NCBI GenBank assembly: GCA_964573145.1
Contig: CAZNIM010000001.1
Location: 1-52,762, forward strand
DNA: 52,762 bases
Reading direction: 5' to 3'
Source of the DNA: an uncultured Candidatus Saccharibacteria bacterium
GTDB lineage: Bacteria > Patescibacteriota > Minisyncoccia > Minisyncoccales > PWPS01
The translations under genes were made by a program, and so were the position numbers. The notes under the pieces were generated by a model, which was not told where the DNA came from, ran no database searches, and was given only the letters and a program-made list of their open reading frames with translations. Positions within the stretch are counted from its first letter, which is position 1. Each line of letters begins with the position of its first letter. Positions 45,471-52,762 of this stretch are shown piece by piece.

Positions 45471-46100
45471 ATGAATATCTACTTTTCTCCCCATCCGGAT
45501 GATGCTATTTTATCTTGTGGAGGGACGATGTTAAAAACCAAAAAAAAGCAGCTGGTGGTCAATGTTTTTTGTGGAGATTACTTACAGCCTACCGCTTGGG
45601 ATCAGCTTTGTGAAATTGAAGGCAGCCCGATGAGAGAAAGGGTCAGTGAGGATCGGAAAATTTTAAACGAGTTGGGGGTTGATGTCGTTTACCTTGACTT
45701 TCTGGACTCCGCCGCCATTGGAAAAAAGAGAAGAGATATTTTTTCCATTGAAAAGCAAATTTTAAAAATTGTTGATTCATATCAAGGAGACTTCTTTTTT
45801 CCGCTGGGAGTAGGTCATCCGGACCATTTGACGCTGAAAAAGATAGGGGGAAAAGTCGAAGGAGCGAAATATTACGCCGACATTCCTTACGTATTTGATA
45901 AAAAGTTGAGAGAGCCCGATATTAAGACCGACATCAGTCGATATATTGATCGTAAGATTGATCTTGTTTTTAAGTACAAAACACAATTAAAAGGGCTCTT
46001 GCATCTTATAGGAATGGGAGAAGAGTCAAAGCTCAAAAAAAGAATTAAGGATTATCACTTTGAGGACGGAGCTTATTATGAAAATTTTTATCTTGAATAA
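45471..46100 (+). CDS. PIG-L/LmbE family deacetylase
   Basis: IYFSPHPDDAILSCGGT and GVGHPDH motifs. Confidence 0.8.
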   Translation: MNIYFSPHPDDAILSCGGTMLKTKKKQLVVNVFCGDYLQPTAWDQLCEIEGSPMRERVSEDRKILNELGVDVVYLDFLDSAAIGKKRRDIFSIEKQILKIVDSYQGDFFFPLGVGHPDHLTLKKIGGKVEGAKYYADIPYVFDKKLREPDIKTDISRYIDRKIDLVFKYKTQLKGLLHLIGMGEESKLKKRIKDYHFEDGAYYENFYLE

Positions 46101-46159
46101 TCGATTTAAATAATATATAGTTATTAATAATGAATTAATAATCTAATATCAGTAGTAAA

Positions 46160-46960
46160 ATGGAAAAATTAATGGAAAAAAGTTGGGTTTGGATAATAGT
46201 CGCGGCGGTTATCGTCGCCGGCGGAATTTTATTTGCCGGTCTCAGAGAACCGGCCGATCCGGTTGCCTTACGGGTAAACGATGCTACTTACACCGAAGCG
46301 GAGATAGAGCAAATCGCCGATCAATTGGCACAGGAATATGCGATGTACCAAATTGAAATAAGCGATGAAGAGATTATGGATCAGGCTATCGATCGAGCGA
46401 TTCAAGAGGCTTTAATATTGGAATTGGCCGAGGAGAGAGAAATTGAAGCCACCCGAGAAGAGATTGATGAAGAGTTTAATCAGTTGATGGCGATGTACGG
46501 CGCTCAAACCGAAGAGGACTTTTTACAACAGCTTTCGGAAATGTTGGGAATCGAGACCAGAGAAGAAGTTGAAGAGATTCTCATCTTTCAAATAAAACTG
46601 GACAAAGTGATCGCCTCATTCGAAGGAGAGGTTGACGTGACCGACGAAGACGTAAGAGAGGCTTATGACGAGTACAGAGAACAGGTCGAAGGACAAGAAG
46701 GATTTGAAGAAACGGGTCAAGAGGTTCCGAGCTTTGAAGATATGGAAGGTGAAGTTAGAACGGCTCTTACCGAAGAGGCGGTAACTCCTTTACTTATTCA
46801 AAAATTGGAAGAGATGGAAAGCGAGGCCGATATTGAGATTTTAATGGAGATTACCGGAGAAGAAGTGGATCCGGCCGATGAATTTGAAATTGATGTGATT
46901 GATGAAGAAATCGAAGACGAGCAAATCGAAATCGATATGGAGGGAGATTTGGAAGAATAA
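46160..46960 (+). CDS. membrane-anchored SurA_N-like chaperone domain protein, highly acidic
   Basis: TM anchor, then ALRVNDATYTEAEIEQ...IQEALILELAEEREIEATREEIDEEF (SurA N-terminal pattern). No PPIase domain. Confidence 0.6.
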   Translation: MEKLMEKSWVWIIVAAVIVAGGILFAGLREPADPVALRVNDATYTEAEIEQIADQLAQEYAMYQIEISDEEIMDQAIDRAIQEALILELAEEREIEATREEIDEEFNQLMAMYGAQTEEDFLQQLSEMLGIETREEVEEILIFQIKLDKVIASFEGEVDVTDEDVREAYDEYREQVEGQEGFEETGQEVPSFEDMEGEVRTALTEEAVTPLLIQKLEEMESEADIEILMEITGEEVDPADEFEIDVIDEEIEDEQIEIDMEGDLEE

Positions 46961-46978
46961 AATAAGGAGGTGTTTTGA

Positions 46979-47401
46979 TTGGTAGTTCTTTTTTCTTTAA
47001 TTCTTTTCTTATTCGTATTCTTTGTTTTTTTCGTGACCGTTTTGGCGCCCGGAATGATGAGGAAAAGTTTTAACGCCGGAAGGTATGATGAAGCTTATTA
47101 CTGGTCGCTATTTCTTACCGATCCGAGTTGGCAAAGAGAGATTGAAGAGGAGATTAAAAGAGATTATGAAGCGATTAAAGATCGATCTCTTTCCGAAAAA
47201 AGTGTTAAAGAGCTAAAAACCGAGATAAGGTATATGGGGATACTGGAAAAGAGAAGCATCTATTTTCTACCGATCATATCCGAATCGAGAAGAAGAAAAA
47301 ATGAAGAACTTTTGAAAACAATTCATCAGAATATAAGTTCGGAATCATGGAGAAAAGTCTTGAGAGAGGATTTGGATAAGTTGCAAGGAAATGCCGGTTA
47401 A
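46979..47401 (+). CDS. hypothetical single-TM protein (TTG start)
   Basis: SD AAGGAGG lies 8 nt upstream of the TTG. 140 aa. Confidence 0.5.
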   Translation: MVVLFSLILFLFVFFVFFVTVLAPGMMRKSFNAGRYDEAYYWSLFLTDPSWQREIEEEIKRDYEAIKDRSLSEKSVKELKTEIRYMGILEKRSIYFLPIISESRRRKNEELLKTIHQNISSESWRKVLREDLDKLQGNAG

Positions 47402-47416
47402 ACTCCGGCATTTTAG
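47390..47416 (+). terminator. rho-independent terminator
   Basis: ATGCCGG-TTAAACT-CCGGCAT followed by TTTAGTTT. The stop codon lies in the loop. Confidence 0.65.
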
Positions 47417-47439
47417 TTTCAAAATTAAAAGCAAAAGTT

Positions 47440-48480
47440 ATGTACAAGAATTATTTGTGGATTTCTCATTCGGCAATAAATACGTTCGATAAGTGTCCGC
47501 AGTCTTACTATTATCAGTATCAATACAAGAACCCGAAGACCGGAAATCGATTACAGATTGTAAACCCTTATTTTTCTTTGGGTCTTTCGGTTCATCTAAC
47601 GATTGAAGAATTGGCTGAGATGAGTGCTAAGGAAAGAGTTCAGCTTCCGCTGAAAGAAAGATTTGAAGATATTTGGAACGATTACTCCGGTAAAAAAGGT
47701 GGTTTTGTTTCCGAAAAACAAGAAGCGGAATTTAAAAATAGGGGAGAGCTGATGATTGAGCGGGTCATGGAGTCCGACTTCTTATCCAAACCGGCGATTA
47801 CAATGGACGAGCAAATACCGAATATTGATTTGATTCCCGAGAAAAATATTAAGTTGGTGGGTAGTTTGGATTGGATTCAGGTTATCGATGACGACTCTTA
47901 TCACATAATCGATTTCAAAACGGGAAAAAATAAGGAAAGTAAAAATTCTTTACAGCTTCCGATATACAACATACTGGCGAATAAAAAGTTGGACGGAAAG
48001 GTAAAAAAGTTCAGTTATTGGTATTTGGAAAATGGAAAAAAACTAACCCCGATGAAGCTCGACTCACTGGAGGAAAGCTTGAAGATAATAAAGGAAAAAG
48101 CCTTGGAGATTAGTTCTTATGTCGATGAAGGAAGATATCCGTGTAATTATAACGGAAGATGTTTCTCTTGTGGTGATTATCGAAAAATATTTGATGGAGA
48201 GGCTGAATTTTTGGGAACCGGAATGGGAGGAAAAGACCTCTTTTTTATCTTCAAATCAAAAAATATTATCAGAAAATTAATCGACGAAGAAGTTTTTGAT
48301 CAAAAAGAAGAAAAGGTATTCGAAATGAGAATGGAAGGAAATAGTATCGGGGAAATATCTCGAGATTTAAACTTATCCGAAAAAGAGATTGATTCGATTG
48401 TCTCTTCGATTAAAGATAAGATGGCTGAAAAGTTGTCCGCAAAAGAATTAAACGTCTTAATTCGTGAAAAATTATCTTGA
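47440..48480 (+). CDS. Cas4/AddB-like PD-(D/E)XK nuclease with 4-Cys cluster, fused to a C-terminal sigma70-region-4/LuxR-like HTH
   Basis: N-terminal SAINTFDKCPQSYYYQY. GSLDWI, IIDFKTGK and QLPIYN. C-x5-C-x2-C (CNYNGRCFSCGDY). C-terminal EKVFEMRMEGNSIGEISRDLNLSEKEIDSIVSSIKDKM. Confidence 0.75.
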   Translation: MYKNYLWISHSAINTFDKCPQSYYYQYQYKNPKTGNRLQIVNPYFSLGLSVHLTIEELAEMSAKERVQLPLKERFEDIWNDYSGKKGGFVSEKQEAEFKNRGELMIERVMESDFLSKPAITMDEQIPNIDLIPEKNIKLVGSLDWIQVIDDDSYHIIDFKTGKNKESKNSLQLPIYNILANKKLDGKVKKFSYWYLENGKKLTPMKLDSLEESLKIIKEKALEISSYVDEGRYPCNYNGRCFSCGDYRKIFDGEAEFLGTGMGGKDLFFIFKSKNIIRKLIDEEVFDQKEEKVFEMRMEGNSIGEISRDLNLSEKEIDSIVSSIKDKMAEKLSAKELNVLIREKLS

Positions 48481-49065
48481 ATGAAGAGTAAAAAACAAGA
48501 ACTGAAAAAAATTAAAGAGGAGGTGCTAAATTTAAAATCGTCAACTCTTTACGGATATCGGAAAGAAAATAATTATTTTCCGGTTATCGGAGAAGGGGAC
48601 CATAACTGCAAAGTGATGATAATCGGAGAGGCGCCGGGCGAGAATGAAGCAAAATCGGGGCGGCCGTTTTGTGGAAGAGCGGGACAGATCCTGGATGAGG
48701 TTTTGTCGGAAGCGGGCATGGAAAGAGAAAAGACCTATATTACCAACATTGTTAAAGACAGACCTCCGGAAAACAGAGATCCGACTCCGGAAGAGATTGA
48801 GGTGTATGCCCCTTTTCTCGACCGACAGATAAAGGTGATATCTCCCGCAGTTTTGGTTCCTTTGGGGAGATTTTCGGCAAATTATCTTTTAAGGAAGTAC
48901 GGATTCGGTGAAAAATTTTCAATAAGTAAAATAAACGGAAAAATATTTAAAAAGGGAGAGGGGTTGAAGATAGTTCCGCTTTTTCATCCGGCGGCCACCA
49001 TATACAGCCCACCGAGAAAAGTCGAGTTGGTGGAAGGGTTTAAAAAGGTTAAAAAAATAATTTAA
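48481..49065 (+). CDS. uracil-DNA glycosylase, family 4
   Basis: GEAPGENEAKSGRPFCGRAGQIL and HPAA motifs. The ATG abuts the upstream stop codon. Confidence 0.9.
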   Translation: MKSKKQELKKIKEEVLNLKSSTLYGYRKENNYFPVIGEGDHNCKVMIIGEAPGENEAKSGRPFCGRAGQILDEVLSEAGMEREKTYITNIVKDRPPENRDPTPEEIEVYAPFLDRQIKVISPAVLVPLGRFSANYLLRKYGFGEKFSISKINGKIFKKGEGLKIVPLFHPAATIYSPPRKVELVEGFKKVKKII

Positions 49066-49070
49066 AAGAT

Positions 49071-49802
49071 ATGGAGATAATAATATTGATCGTTCCGGTA
49101 ATCTTAATTTTATCGATCAAGATTGCCAAAGAATACGAGAGAGCGGTAGTCTTCAGACTGGGAAGATTTATCGGAATAAAAGGTCCGGGAATATTTTTGC
49201 TTATTCCGGGCATCGACAGAATGGAAAAAGTCGACCTCAGAATCGTTACTCAGGATGTTCCGCCTCAGGAGGTGATAACCAAAGATAATGTGCCGGTCAA
49301 AATCGACGCCGTTGTCTACTACAAGATAGTGAATCCGGAAAAAGCGACAATCGAAGTTGAAAATTTTAGAAAAGCAACTTCCGAAGTTTCTCAAACTACG
49401 CTGAGAGGAGTGGCCGGTTCGTCCGAATTGGATGAGATATTGTCGGAAAGAGAAAAAGTTAACGGAAAGCTTCACGAGGTAATCGACGAAGCTACCGACC
49501 CTTGGGGTATTAAGGTGACCGGAGTCGAAGTTAAGCATGTCGAAGTTCCGCAGAATATGCAGAGGTCAATTGCTCGTCAGGCCGAAGCGGAAAGAGCGAA
49601 GAGAGGAAAGATAATATTGGCTGACGGTGAATATCAAGCGGCACAAAAACTAAAAGAAGCGGGAGAAGTTTTGGGAGCTTCTCCGATTACTCTTCGCTAC
49701 TTGGAATCATTAACGGAAGCCTCAAAAGAGAAGAACACAACGATTCTTTTTCCGGTAGAGTTGATGAGTATGTTTGAAAAACGAAGAGATGAAGAAGATT
49801 GA
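49071..49802 (+). CDS. SPFH/band-7 (stomatin-like) protein
   Basis: N-terminal TM. EYERAVVFRLGRF, TKDNVPVKIDAVVYYKI and RQAEAERAKR. Confidence 0.9.
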   Translation: MEIIILIVPVILILSIKIAKEYERAVVFRLGRFIGIKGPGIFLLIPGIDRMEKVDLRIVTQDVPPQEVITKDNVPVKIDAVVYYKIVNPEKATIEVENFRKATSEVSQTTLRGVAGSSELDEILSEREKVNGKLHEVIDEATDPWGIKVTGVEVKHVEVPQNMQRSIARQAEAERAKRGKIILADGEYQAAQKLKEAGEVLGASPITLRYLESLTEASKEKNTTILFPVELMSMFEKRRDEED

Positions 49803-50436
49803 AGGCTTTTTTGCAATAAATAAAGAGAAAGGACCCACTTCTCACGACATTGTTGATCGGGTCAGAAGAGCGACCGGAGTAAAGAAGGTGGGTCACGCCG
49901 GAACTTTGGACCCGATGGCCAAAGGAGTTTTGGTGGTTGCCGTCGGAAGAAAATTTACCAAAAGAATCTCCGAGCACAGGAAAGCGGAGAAGGTTTATTT
50001 GGCTACTTTTGAATTGGGAAAAATCAGTGACAGTTGGGATGCGGAAGGGGAGGTTAAGGCGATTGAAGTGAAAAAAGAGCCGTTAAAAAAAGATATTGAA
50101 TCCGCCTTAAAAAAATTTGAAGGGGAGATCGATCAAAGGCCACCCGTTTATAGTGCAATTAAGGTTAACGGAGTTCCGAGTTACAAGTTAGCCAGAAAAG
50201 GTAAAAAGCCGAAGTTGAAAAAGAGAAAAGTCTTAATCAAAAAAATTGAATTTCTCGATTATCAATTCCCCTTTATTAAGTTAAGGATTACTACCGGTTC
50301 CGGAGTCTATATAAGATCGATTGCCAGAGATCTGGGAGCTGAACTGAATACGGGAGCCATATTGACCGACTTGGTAAGAGAAAGAGTCGGGGAGTTCAGT
50401 TTAAAAGATTCGATTTCTCCGGAAGATCTGAAATAA
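49774..50436 (+). CDS. truB: tRNA pseudouridine(55) synthase
   Basis: INKEKGPTSHDIV, GHAGTLDPMAKGVL and PPVYSAIKVNG. Alternative ATG at 49789. Confidence 0.92.
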   Translation: MKNEEMKKIEGFFAINKEKGPTSHDIVDRVRRATGVKKVGHAGTLDPMAKGVLVVAVGRKFTKRISEHRKAEKVYLATFELGKISDSWDAEGEVKAIEVKKEPLKKDIESALKKFEGEIDQRPPVYSAIKVNGVPSYKLARKGKKPKLKKRKVLIKKIEFLDYQFPFIKLRITTGSGVYIRSIARDLGAELNTGAILTDLVRERVGEFSLKDSISPEDLK

Positions 50437-50465
50437 AAAAATCCCCACTTTATCGTGTGGGGATT
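50434..50465. terminator. bidirectional terminator hairpin between convergent truB and the 233-aa gene
   Basis: ATCCCCA...TGGGGAT stem flanked by an A-run and T-rich tracts. Overlaps the last codons of the minus-strand ORF. Confidence 0.7.
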
Positions 50466-51151
50466 TCTGTCTCTATTTTATCTTCGTATTGTGGAGATAT
50501 TTCTATCTCCAGATCAAGAGATACCTTACTAACCAATATTTGCCCCTCTAAAGAGGCGAGTCGATTAGAGGTTATTTCTCTGTTATATACGCTCTCCAAA
50601 TCTCCTTCTAAAACTAGATCATACATCTCTTCGTAGGACATCTTTTCTTCTTCCAAGGTGTGTTCAATATAAAATTGATGGATCGATTCTACTCTTCGGT
50701 GAACGAACTCTTCTCCCTCTTCTCTTATACCTCGGTTAATTTCTGCTGCCAACTGTCGATGAAACCGTTCCTTTGCTACTCCCGTCCATAGATCTTGTTT
50801 GTACTCGTCCCAAGTTTTATCAACCTGCTCATAGAATTGCTCTACCGGATTTCCGGGAACAATTTGTCCAGTTTTTTGATAGAGTTCGATTACTCTGTCT
50901 CGGATGTCTTCTTCCGTAATTTCCATCCCTCGTTGCTCGGCAATCTTATTCATCAAGACATAATTTAGAAAGTTGTTCAACAACTCCGTCCTGTCTCTGT
51001 CTCGGTGGTGTTTTTCATAGTATCTGTCATCCAACTCCTCGTGAGTTAGAAGATGATCTCCAACTCTTATTGCGAAGTCGCTACTCTGGAGTACATCGGC
51101 TGTGTAACTGAAGAAAATCAAAATTAAAATAAAAAGAACAACCTTTTTCAT
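50450..51151 (-). CDS. N-terminally anchored SurA_N-like hypothetical protein
   Basis: Signal/TM anchor. AIRVGDHLLTHEELD...MNKIAEQRGMEITEEDIRDRV resembles the SurA N-terminal domain. Confidence 0.55.
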   Translation of the reverse strand: MKKVVLFILILIFFSYTADVLQSSDFAIRVGDHLLTHEELDDRYYEKHHRDRDRTELLNNFLNYVLMNKIAEQRGMEITEEDIRDRVIELYQKTGQIVPGNPVEQFYEQVDKTWDEYKQDLWTGVAKERFHRQLAAEINRGIREEGEEFVHRRVESIHQFYIEHTLEEEKMSYEEMYDLVLEGDLESVYNREITSNRLASLEGQILVSKVSLDLEIEISPQYEDKIETEIPTR

Positions 51152-51198
51152 TTTTATCCCTCCTTTTCTATAAAGTACAATAAAAAATTAAAAGTGTC

Positions 51199-51226
51199 AA
51201 AAAAAGACCCCTGATTTGTAGGGGTC
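51199..51226 (-). terminator. rho-independent terminator
   Basis: Minus strand reads GACCCCT-ACAAATC-AGGGGTC followed by TTTTTTT. Confidence 0.8.
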
Positions 51227-51231
51227 TCGCT

Positions 51232-51684
51232 TTACGGCTGAAATAGAGTTTCAGGGAGAAACTCCACTTCTTCTACGGACTCAAATTGTTTTACCGTTTT
51301 TTCAATTTGAGACCTTTTTGATCTTACCCGATAGCTACCTCCTTGGGTAAAATTGTCGGGATCGCTAAGCTCAATTCTTAGCACTCCCTCCTTTAAGTCT
51401 ACTCCGACCAATTCAACATTATGATCGGAGCTCCACTCCGAATGAAATCCCATTGCTCTTTCCCAGAGATCAATTTTGATCCCTAATATTTTTTCAACAG
51501 TCGAAGTTATCGGAGTCTTCCCGTCTATCGCCCGATAAACGGGGAAGAGGTCGCCCTCCAGATTTTGCCCTATTTCGTAGTTCGGTAAGAAAATAGGGAC
51601 AACACCTTCAGCTTTAACTTGATTTACTGATATTACTGAGAAAGTAAGTACAAGAACTAGTAACAGTAAGCTTATTTTTTTCAT
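51232..51684 (-). CDS. secreted/anchored GerMN-like domain protein
   Basis: Signal anchor. C-terminal LRIELSD...GGSYRV...QIEKTVKQFESVEEVEFLPETLFQP parallels the GerMN C-terminus of the ORF at 21310-22080. Confidence 0.6.
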   Translation of the reverse strand: MKKISLLLLVLVLTFSVISVNQVKAEGVVPIFLPNYEIGQNLEGDLFPVYRAIDGKTPITSTVEKILGIKIDLWERAMGFHSEWSSDHNVELVGVDLKEGVLRIELSDPDNFTQGGSYRVRSKRSQIEKTVKQFESVEEVEFLPETLFQP

Positions 51685-51804
51685 TCGAATCCCTCCTATG
51701 ACTTTATTATACTTAAAAAGTATAAAAAGGTCAAGTCAAGTTTACTAATTAGTCGATATATTGTAAATTTAAAAAAGAAACCTTTCTTAATTTGAATAAA
51801 AGAT

Positions 51805-52762
51805 ATGAACATCTTCAGCTTGGAAATATTAAATATTTCAATATTTGAAAATACAATTTTGGACTACATCGTTTTTTTAGCGGTTTTATTTTTTCTTTTT
51901 TCGATTATAAAGATTGGAGAAAGTTTTGCTTTAAAAAGACTTGAAAAGAGAAAAGAAGAAATGGAAGAGGGAAGCCTTATAAGTCCGCTGTTAAAATTCA
52001 TACTTTCGATAAAAACTCGTTTTTATCTTTATCTCGCTTTTTATTTAACTTTACCTCTTTTGAATGTTCCTGACAGCTTGGTTCAATTTTTTACCGGAAT
52101 TCTCTTTTTATGGATCGTCTTCAGATTAATGATCGGAGTTCAGATGATGGTCGATTGGGTTTTAAAAAGAAAAATATTGAAGGATGCCGATCCGGGAACC
52201 GAAGTGGCCGCTAAAAATTTGGGGACGATTATTAAAGCTCTCTTATGGATCTTTGCTTTCCTTTTCGTTTTGGCCAATTTGGGAATAGAGGTAACTTCGC
52301 TCATTGCCGGGCTCGGGGTCGGAGGTATCGCCATCGGTTTCGCTTTTCAAAATATTTTGGAAGACCTCTTCAGTTCGTTTGCAATCTACTTTGACAAACC
52401 CTTTACCGTAGGAGATTTTATAATTGTCGGTGATCAAGTGGGAACCGTGGAGAAGATAGGAATAAAAACGACCAGAGTAAGAGCCTTACAAGGTGAGGAG
52501 ATCGTAATGTCCAACAGAGAATTGACGACCGAAAGAGTTCACAACTTTAAAAAGCTGGAAAAGCGGCGGTCTCTTTTTCAGTTGGGCGTAGTTTACGGAA
52601 CGGATGATGAGAAGATGAGAAAAATTCCGAAAATGATAAAGGAGATAATTGAAAGTAAGGAGCTGGCCGAATTCGACAGAGCTCATTTTATCGGTTTCGG
52701 AGATTCGGCTCTCGAATTCGAAGTTTCTTATTACGTTTTATCTTCCACTTTTATCGACTTCA
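51805..52762 (+). CDS. MscS-family mechanosensitive channel (3' end truncated by the window edge)
   Basis: My own translation from the ATG at 51805 stays open to the window end. It gives GLGVGGIAIGFAFQNILEDLFSSF and GDFIIVGDQVGTVEKIGIKTTRVRALQGEEIVMSN (MscS TM3 plus beta domain). Not in the ORF track because no stop is reached. Confidence 0.85.
   Translation, partial: MNIFSLEILNISIFENTILDYIVFLAVLFFLFSIIKIGESFALKRLEKRKEEMEEGSLISPLLKFILSIKTRFYLYLAFYLTLPLLNVPDSLVQFFTGILFLWIVFRLMIGVQMMVDWVLKRKILKDADPGTEVAAKNLGTIIKALLWIFAFLFVLANLGIEVTSLIAGLGVGGIAIGFAFQNILEDLFSSFAIYFDKPFTVGDFIIVGDQVGTVEKIGIKTTRVRALQGEEIVMSNRELTTERVHNFKKLEKRRSLFQLGVVYGTDDEKMRKIPKMIKEIIESKELAEFDRAHFIGFGDSALEFEVSYYVLSSTFIDF

Noticed and set aside
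48843-48850. TCCCGCAG 8-mer in the UDG gene matching the tRNA-Gln 3' end, as a possible distal att site
   Set aside because: Only 8 nt match, the site lies inside a conserved coding region, and such a match is expected by chance in 52 kb.
49071-49802. SPFH/stomatin gene without an adjacent NfeD partner; its 3' end overlaps the truB ORF by 29 nt
   Set aside because: The overlap shrinks to 14 nt with the alternative truB ATG at 49789. Absence of NfeD in the window says nothing about the rest of the genome. Ordinary housekeeping context.
1-52762. Alternative genetic code (TGA recoded, as in some candidate phyla)
   Set aside because: Family-typical full-length proteins are obtained with the standard code. 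Many genes end at TGA in ATGA overlaps exactly where homologous proteins should end (for example at 17278, 23873, 30178, 34709, 38710, 40445 and 41766).

Overview
Gene-dense, low-GC bacterial chromosomal segment with about 57 CDS and one tRNA-Gln. Many genes overlap by 1-29 nt, often as ATGA junctions. I saw no rRNA, CRISPR array, transposase or integrase. Content is mostly housekeeping. Replication and repair genes: dnaB, dnaX, recR, rmuC, dinB, xseA/xseB, a DnaQ-like exonuclease, two UvrD-family helicases (one fused to a PD-(D/E)XK nuclease), a family-4 UDG and a Cas4-like nuclease. Translation genes: rplU, cysS, truB, tRNA-Gln. Other modules are a four-gene glycogen cluster with a eukaryote-type GT3 glycogen synthase, a two-gene [FeFe]-hydrogenase module, anaerobe oxidative-stress genes (desulfoferrodoxin, flavodoxin), ddl, idi, and many N-terminally anchored, very acidic envelope proteins (GerMN, SurA_N-like, SIMPL). 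The compaction, small proteins, broken classical syntenies and anaerobic content fit a reduced-genome anaerobe such as Patescibacteria/CPR, but that is inference only. All calls rest on motifs read from the ORF-track translations and on hairpins and hexamers read by eye; no searches were run. Candidates worth follow-up: (1) two perfect 81-bp direct repeats plus a tRNA-Gln 3'-end fragment just downstream of tRNA-Gln, which looks like an att scar; (2) a short standalone OLD-family ATPase-Toprim nuclease whose promoter shares its -35 with a divergent orphan gene; (3) a frame-overlapping string of WYL-like protein, membrane metzincin and UvrD/PD-(D/E)XK helicase-nuclease; (4) a Cas4-like Fe-S nuclease fused to an HTH and abutting UDG4; (5) an HD hydrolase, UvrD helicase and Cys-rich orphan unit. 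None matches a described multi-gene defence system that I can name, and each could be ordinary CPR housekeeping.
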